Source: the human T2T-CHM13v2.0 reference genome, Homo sapiens
DNA: 64,000 nucleotides
Reading direction: 5' to 3' (one strand)
Assembly: GCF_009914755.1 (NCBI RefSeq)
Contig: NC_060926.1
Shown here: piece by piece, positions 56,171-64,000 of the stretch
How positions within the stretch are numbered: the stretch's first letter is position 1
Layout of the letters: the number at the start of each line of letters is the position of its first letter
The notes under the pieces: generated by a model
Told to the model about the DNA's origin: nothing
Seen by the model: the letters and a program-made list of their open reading frames with translations, nothing else
The model's database searches: none
Program-made: the position numbers and the translations under genes

Positions 56171-59100
56171 ATAGTGCTGGCCTCACAAGGCCTTGATAGG
56201 GATTATCTCAGTCATGATGATCACTTTATAAATATTAATAAAAATAAAAGCCAATCTTAACTTTGAATATGAATGGTGCCAAAGAGCAGCAAAATGAAAA
56301 AATGTGTACAGTTAAATAATTACTTTGAGTTTCCTGTTTATATTTTCATGATTGAAAAGTTCTCAAGAGCAGAATACCAAAAGCTAGAAGTGGTAACACT
56401 ATTTTATTTCCATATTTCTTTGGAACTGTAGTTGTCTAAAAAGTATCATAAATTAAAAAGCCAAGTGGCTATGACTTTTCTGTCTTGTTTAGCTCTGTGT
56501 CACAGAACCCAAGTTACAGATATTCTAATCATAATTTTCTAATTTTCTTGAGTGGCTTTATAAAATGTTTTTCCCTAAATGACTTAATATAGTGTTTATA
56601 TGGTGTTCTTTTGTTTATTTTATGAACAATAATATTTCTTTTTGCTTTGATCAATTCAAAATATAATTTATGCTCCTAGCTACGTGTTGGAACATCTCCA
56701 AAAGGCTCTCAAGGATAATTTCTAAAAAAAAATGGAGGGAAGGGTTTATAAATGTCTTAAATCAATTACTTTGATAGATTACATGAGGATTTGCAGCATT
56801 AGGATTGAGTTCAGAAGAGGCAACACAAGGGGACCGTTTCTTCAGAAAACTTGATATAAATAAGCAGATTGTTAGGTCAAAGAAGGGGAGCTGCAGGGAC
56901 AACTAAGCTATCTGTGTGGCCCCATTTTTCCTGTGATGGGCTTGGAACCTGCATTGTGTGGCATCAGTTACTGTGACAACCAACAATAGGAAAAGAGTTA
57001 GAGGCTTAACAAGAAAGAGTAAATAGGACCAGAAAAACTGGACATCTATGCTGACTCACAAAGGCTTGCCAGGAAAGGAGCCAGGCAGAGAAGGTAGGAT
57101 GAGAAAAGTATGAAGGGGAAGAAATGCGAGGGATGACAAACAGAAATGGGAGAAACGGAGTCAAGAAGGCTGGCATGATTCAGGGCCAGGAAGGGCAGCT
57201 AAACCACTATCCGATCACGCTTTTACTGAAATTCCGTTTCCAGATTAGTAGAATGGCTCATTGCCTAGGGACATCAGAATTGCCTAGAACAATACATAAA
57301 TCAGTAGCTTTGCACATTTCTGCTTTAGGAAAATATCACTCCCACATGTGGAAGGAGGGGTTTGGAAAAGGAGGAGTTGCAGAGAACAAGAGGCTGGCCT
57401 CCTATTCTTCCTGCTGTGAAACCAAATCGCATGCTTCTGTCATGCAGCAGGATACAGAATGAACCACACCATGGGGTCACAAGGCTATTCAGGGATCCTT
57501 TGCATTAGTGCAGAGTGCTTGGTTCGAATCCCCATGCTGCAAGCTCCTGTGGGCACAAGTTACTTAACCCTTCTTCATCTGTAAAAGAAGGGTATGTATT
57601 AATGTTGCCTACCTGTTTTGGTGAGGAGACAATGTGTCGATGTAAATAAAACAACAAAGAGTAACGACTCCCCAGCTGTTAGAAAATACTAGAAGCAGTA
57701 GAGGGGCATTTTTACCTTTGTATTAGAAACAGAAGCTATGCAGGAAATCTCAGGGCTACAGCTTCTCCCCACTGCCGCCTCCAGGTAGTGGCTCTCATCG
57801 CCCTCTTTCAGAAGGTGGCAGCTACCCCCCTTCCTCGCCACTGGGGCCCTCTGCCCTGAACCATTCTTCCCCCCATTCACCATGGCTTTGATACCAGCAG
57901 ACTCCCCGCTATTCTCCACACCCCAAAGCCACTTTAGCTTCCATACAGATGACCCAACACTCTGACTCGATGCTTTCCCCACTGCAGGTTGTGGCCCATT
58001 TACGGTCTTGAAATCAACTGAATGTGTTATGACCAGCGAGACAAAACGAAACAGAATGGAACAGGGGGAAATGTAGCAGCATGTCATATTAGGTAAGAGT
58101 ATTTTTTAAAAAATGAAACATTGTTTCAGTTATACATATGTAGACCTATATGTTGTGGGTTGTGATGTAAAATGTATTTCTTATTGTGGTTTGCTGACAA
58201 AAGAGTCCCAAACTCTACTCGACTTTAGCTTTGCTCTGGACATTGGGCTCCCTGACCTCCTCTGCTGTGAGGACCTTCTTTTGCCTCTTCTTCACTTTGG
58301 TGACCACTCCCACAAACACAGCTTGGATCTGGTCACTACCAAGAATAGGTCCATCTCCAAAACTTGGATTTTGCACTCTATAACCACTACCTCTCCTATT
58401 CTGCAATCTTCCCTCATCTAACTTTCACTAACTGTTTTCTTTTGTTGTTGTTTTTAAATATATATTTTCCTCTTTTTAAACCCTGTTTCTTGAACCCAAA
58501 CTTTCTGCTCCTCAATCTTCCTATTGGGACTGACTTAGCTCAGCTTTAACTATCCAGACGGTTTCTTTGCTGCCTTCCAGAATTACCCTCTTCAAGGTGA
58601 TAGGAGACCCTCTTCAAGTCCCAGACTGAACATGGCACTTCTAAACTTAAACATGCAATCTGGTTCCCCTTTGTGCAAACCCACAGGGCCCTTCTCAGCA
58701 GTACCCAATTCACTCAGCCAGACTTTTTCCAGAAGCAGGGTGCCTCCAACCAAACTCTTCCTCATCTCTCTCATGCTTCCAACTATAGACATGTCACTGC
58801 TTCTTGTTTTGCCTGGGACCCTACTCTGGTGGTCTATACCATCCACAGCCCTGGATGAAGCAGCATCCATCCCTGTGTCCACCTCCTGCCTCTACCATGG
58901 CCAATTAGCCAGGGGAAGGCCTTCGACTTGAGGGCAGAGCACAGGAACTGGCTAGCATGCTGTGAAGAATGTAACCAGACCCCTCTCCTAGGAAATTAAG
59001 GGACTCTTCCCAGGAAGCTAAGGGAGCTACAGAGGAAAGTCCTGCTAGTCAAAGCCAAAGAAACAGTCAACAGAAAGAACAACCAAGCAGGAACCACCAT

Positions 59101-59629
59101 AGAGCCCCAGAGACAGAGAGAAACAGATAAAGTAATGCTTCATGTCAGTGGCCAGTGCCTGTTTCCCAGGAGGCCTGGCTGCCCTGAAGAACCTGTCCTG
59201 GGTCCCCCTTGAGATCCTGGGACCATTACAACCAACTCCACGTTTGCCTGAGTGACCTTCAGTGGGCCTCTTTCCTTGAATCCAAAAGAGCTCAGAAGGG
59301 AACTTTCAGCTCACTGAACTTTTACTGTTGCCTGACACGTGATCCTGGGCCTTTGCACATGAAATACATGTTCCCAGGAATGCTCAGTCTCCTTTTTCCT
59401 ATATGGTAACTGCCTACTTATCCTTTAGGAAAACAAATGTCTTTTTATGAGCCTCCAGCTCCCCAGGCCAGTGCCTCCTCTGCATGCCTTCAGCACTTTG
59501 CTCATCTCTGGTTATCATAAGACCTCTCTCACTGTTTTGTAATTGTTTATGTTTCTGTATCTGTCCCTGGACTCTCAGCCTCTTGGGGCCAGTGTCATAT
59601 CCTACTCATGTTTTTACCTCCCCAATCTG

Positions 59630-60047
59630 GAGGTGGGTAGCAGATTCTGTTGGTTTCCTTCTCACACCCTCTAACCTGGAGCTCACTCACCTGCAGACAG
59701 TCCTCGTGCACTCCCACTGACTTTCTGTGGCTCTCTGCCTGGGAGAGACCAGGAGCACCAGGGGGTGAATGCCCCAGGAGTGACCTTAGTCAATAAGAGG
59801 CGGGAGTTGGTGGATAAATACTTCAGCTTCCTGCCCGTTGGTGGGTCCACTGAGTTCTATACAGTTCCTCAAAGGGTCCTTTGTGAAACTTAGCCCCAGT
59901 GGTCTGTGGTGGCTTTCTTCCCTCTCTGGTCTCATGTCCTCACTCCCTTACCATGCTTTCTAGAATCACCTCCAAAAAAAAAAACTACTTGCACCCTAAG
60001 GAAAACATGTCTCAGGAATTGCTTTTGGATGAACCCAACTAAAACAG
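59630..60047 (+). mobile_element. LTR16-like ERVL LTR
   Basis: aatgccccaggagtgaccttagtcaataagag...gaatcacctcc...actacttgcacc...gaacccaactaaaaca. Confidence 0.6.
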
Positions 60048-60631
60048 GTAGATAAAGCACATATTGCCTGACAGATAATGAACAACTGAGGCCATCAGCC
60101 CCTACCCCTCTTTCCGTCGGCGCAGCATGTCGAGAGACACCCCGTACACCCAACCCTGTTTCACTTTCTTCTCCCCAGATAGGACCTGATGGCAAGCACA
60201 CTGACCACACACTCATCTGCACCCTCACCTCCTTTGATCACTGGTCATTTAGAAGAGCCTCCCCTGAGTGTCCCCAGGCACTGACACAGACTTAGGTTCT
60301 TTCCACTCCTGCTCTGGGAAGCTGAGCACTACAGAAGGAAACTCTCCTACGATATATTAGTGGGGGACCATTTCACATTTATCATTTTTCAACCCTCAAC
60401 AAAGCTTCAAAACCCTTTTACTTGCCCCCTGATCATTTCCTTTAGCAATGACTATGTCCAGTTTTCACCAGGATGCTCCATCCCCTTCTTCTTTCTCCCT
60501 TCTGTCCACTTTGTATCTGGAGTACTTGAGTGAGTGAAGTTAGTGTGTCTTAGCATTTGCTAGAAGAAGGGCTCAGATTCTGATCAGGGAAAACAAACTA
60601 AAATCAGGCTCCTTGGAATAACCAGCTAGAG

Positions 60632-61160
60632 CAAAGGTCCCCCACCTTTTCTGCCCCAGGCACTGGTTTCACAGAAGACAAATTTTCCACAGGCCAATGG
60701 GGTGGTGGGGTGGGGGATGGTTTTGGGATGACTCAAGTGCATTACATTTATTGTGCACTTTACTTCTATTATTATTACATTGTAATATATAATGAAGTAA
60801 TTATACAGCTCACCATAATGTAGAATCAGTGGGAGCCCTGAGTCTGTTTTCCTGCAACTAGACGGTCCCATCTGGGGTGATGGGAGACAGTGACAGATCA
60901 TCAGGCATTAGATTATCATAAGGAGCTCGCAACCTAGATCTCTCACATGCACAGTTCACAATAGGGTTTATGCTGCTTTGAGAATCTAATGCCACCACTG
61001 GTCTGACAGGAGGTGGAGCTCAGACAGTAATGTGAGGGAAGGGGAGCAGCTGTAAATACAGATGAAGCCTCTTTTGTTCACTGTTGCTCACCTTCTGTTG
61101 TGTGGCCCAGTTCCTAACAGGCCACAAACTGGTAGGTGGCCTGGAGGTTGGGGATGCCTG
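60632..61160 (+). mobile_element. MER1A hAT-Charlie element
   Basis: TIRs caaaggtcccc / ggggatgcctg; perfect 8-bp TSD agctagag (60624-60631 and 61161-61168). Confidence 0.9.
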
Positions 61161-61319
61161 AGCTAGAGGCAGGAGGAGATGAGTTTCAGACCTGCCAAGT
61201 ACAGTGCTGTGCACCGTAGTAAGTAATTGTTATGGGGCTGTCAACCTGTCAAAATGTCTGGATTGGCCAGAGGAAGAGGGTGCCATGGTGAGAGAGCAGC
61301 AAAAGGACAACACTTAGAT

Positions 61320-61470
61320 GTGTACTATTACTAGCTCCATTTTACAGATGAGGAAACTGAGCTACTGACTGGCAAAATACCTGTCCAGGGTCACACGGAT
61401 GGTAAATGGCATAGTCAGGATTTGAACTCAGATCGTCTAGCTCTGAAGCCCGAGAACTTAACTACTATAT
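61320..61470. mobile_element. MIR
   Basis: ccattttacagatgaggaaactgag...agggtcacac...ggatttgaactcag. Confidence 0.8.
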
Positions 61471-61503
61471 AATACTGTATCTACTGACTTTTGAATACAG
61501 AAT

Positions 61504-61858
61504 TGTATTACTCCATTTTCACACTGCTGAAAAAGACATACCCAAGACTGGGAAGAAAAAGAGGTTTAGTTGGACTCACAGTTCAACATGGCTGGGGAGT
61601 CCTCAGAATCATGGTGGGAGGCGAAAGGCACTTCTTACGTGGCAGCGGCAAGAGAAAGATAAGGAAGAAGCAAAAGCAGAAACCCCTAATAAACCCATCA
61701 GAGGTTGTGAGACTTATTCACTATCACGAGAATAGCATGGGAAAGATTGGCTCCCATAATTCAATTACCTCCCCCTGGGTCCCTCCCACAACACGTGGGA
61801 ATTCTGGGAGATACAATTCAAGTTGAGATTTGGGTGGGGGCATAGCCAAACCATATCA
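61504..61858 (-). mobile_element. THE1A-like MaLR solo LTR
   Basis: Reverse complement reads TGATATGGTTTGGCT...TAATACA; perfect 5-bp TSD agaat. Confidence 0.9.
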
Positions 61859-63353
61859 AGAATTATTGATAAATCATTGGAAAATCATCACAGTACAATC
61901 CATCATCTGCCTCCCAAGGCTGGCATGCTTGTAATACATATCAGATCTACAAATAATACATATCAAACAATTCAGATAAAAAATGCTGTATGTATAATCT
62001 GCTGTGCATTATTACATAGCCATTATTAGTGGATTGGAAATGAAAATGAGTGTGCATTTTTCTCTCAGTTGCTCTGTGGATGTCAATCGTGGCTAAAGTG
62101 AGTCAATGTGGTACAGTGAACACAGCGGTAAACTGAGGCACCCCAAAGCATGGCTAACTACATGGTAGCCATACCTCAACTTCCACATCTGAAGAATAGA
62201 GGGCTAGAGTAGACAATGTCTCAGGTTCTTTTCAATGTTAAGATTTTGTTTTTCCATTTTGTATTGACAGTAAAAACTTGACTTCAAACCTGTCCAGCTT
62301 ACACTTGAAATTCTACTCATGCAGGTGACTGGAGTCAGGGAGAGAGCCTGTGCCTGTGCGAGGAATGGTACATAACCTCCGTGCTCCTTGGAAAATCAGC
62401 AGCAGCATTTTCGTATCTGAAGAATCTCTATGCCAACTATGTCAACCTTTTCAGATGTGCAAATTGCACCTAGTAGGTACAAGGGCTAGCAGATGGCTCT
62501 AATTTCAGAGTGCCCTTGACTACTAAAAAGAAGGCACTGATGAGAATTTGTCTCAGGCCAGTATTTGGTTCTGCTACATATAGAAGGGATTAGCCCTTCA
62601 CTCGGAGGATCACCAGCACATACTCTCTGTGTGGCCCAGTCCAACTTCTGTCCTGTGGGCTGCTGCCCTGTTCTACCACCTAGTGCCCAGGCAAAACCCA
62701 CATTTTAAAATGCAAAGGAATAACCACTGCATGGTAAACTTAGTGGGAAGGAATCATACATACTACAGGATCAGATGTGCATCCACAGGAGCAATTTTCT
62801 GAATTGACCAAGAAGGTAAGAGCATCTCTGACTTTGGTCACTTTAGAGTAAGAATGGTCTTGTTCTACCTGCCCCTGATTAAGCCTCCAGGGAGCTTAGG
62901 AAACACAGTCTAGAAAAGACTACCTCAAAAATGTAGACATATTCTACTGTGGAGGAAAAAATGTGAACGCAGATATTGATCACATCTTGTGTTACCCCTT
63001 CTCTCCAAACTTATCTCCAAAGGCAGAGAGGATGGAGGCTGTCTGGAGGCTCCTCCTGGCATATTTAACTCCCTCCTGTCCCCCTCCTACTTGCATATAT
63101 GGACTTCTGCACTTAGGCGCAGGCTTCTCTGCCTGAGGTGGCCCATTCTCAAATGCGGGCCCCTGCAGGCCAGAAATCTCTCCTCCCTCTCTTTACACAA
63201 CCTTCTGAGTCTCATGTGTAGTAGGTGCTCAATAAGTGTTTGCTGAATTGAGCCCCGTTTTTCCACTGAGAGAGACTAAGGCATAAAGGCTTCAGATCAC
63301 GCAGTTCATGGAGCCACTGGGGCTTCTCTCCCTCACCTGGCCTGATGTTTTCA

Positions 63354-63658
<305 letters not shown>

Positions 63659-63699
63659 GTTTTCCTTAAGGAAGGGATGGACTGGGGAGGCCTGGCTTG

Positions 63700-64000
63700 G
63701 GGGTCACTCCTAGGTGGCGACGCAGACCCTGAGCGCTTGCTTTGCAAGGGGACGAACTGAGCCATCTTTTTGCTATCATTTATCCGTCCCAAATAAGCAG
63801 CTCTCAGAAAGTTTCCGTTTTGAAACTTCTCCGACACTCCTATCCCGGGCTGGCTCCGGGCGCCAGAGCCGAGAGGAGTTACCTGCGAGACCAAGCCCCC
63901 CCGCCCCCGCCGCCCGACCCCCGCAGGAGCCAGGAGGGTGCCGGGCCGCGCGAGTGGGGTGCTGGGCCTAGACAAGAGGCTGCAGGACACCACCCGCTCC
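63700..64000. promoter_or_regulatory. Edge of the CpG island at the PLA2R1 promoter / exon 1 - intron 1 junction
   Basis: Sharp rise in GC and CpG content; tandem GC boxes (cccccgcccccgccgccc at ~63896-63916); the signal-peptide exon is not in the window, so it lies just to the right. Confidence 0.85.

Noticed and set aside
59000-63200. Exact placement of the intron 1 GWAS lead SNPs
   Set aside because: They cannot be located or genotyped reliably without alignment to a reference

Overview
Human genomic DNA, not microbial: it is Alu/L1/MIR-rich and contains a human-specific AluYa5. The window covers most of the 5' half of PLA2R1 (M-type secretory phospholipase A2 receptor, the main autoantigen of primary membranous nephropathy) on the minus strand. 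Ten coding exons (2-11, 1725 nt) were delimited by hand. All have GT-AG boundaries and join in one open frame, encoding CysR, FnII, CTLD1, CTLD2 and most of CTLD3. Exon 1 should lie just beyond the CpG island at the right edge, and exon 12 beyond the left edge. Against the canonical protein as I recall it, this haplotype carries V292, D300 and H404. The introns are a mosaic of repeats, and nearly all other ORFs in the track are repeat-derived noise. I found no new multi-gene system. The most notable non-coding observations are: (1) a MER41B LTR with one intact GAS/STAT motif next to exon 7; (2) its host, a TSD-bounded L1MA with both ends but two large internal deletions, nested in a MIR; (3) a tailless 42-nt 5S rRNA retrocopy with a CpG-decayed TSD; (4) a cluster of three perfect inverted repeats in intron 3; (5) a young AluYa5. 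Repeat subfamily names come from recalled consensus sequences. Repeat boundaries without a TSD are approximate.
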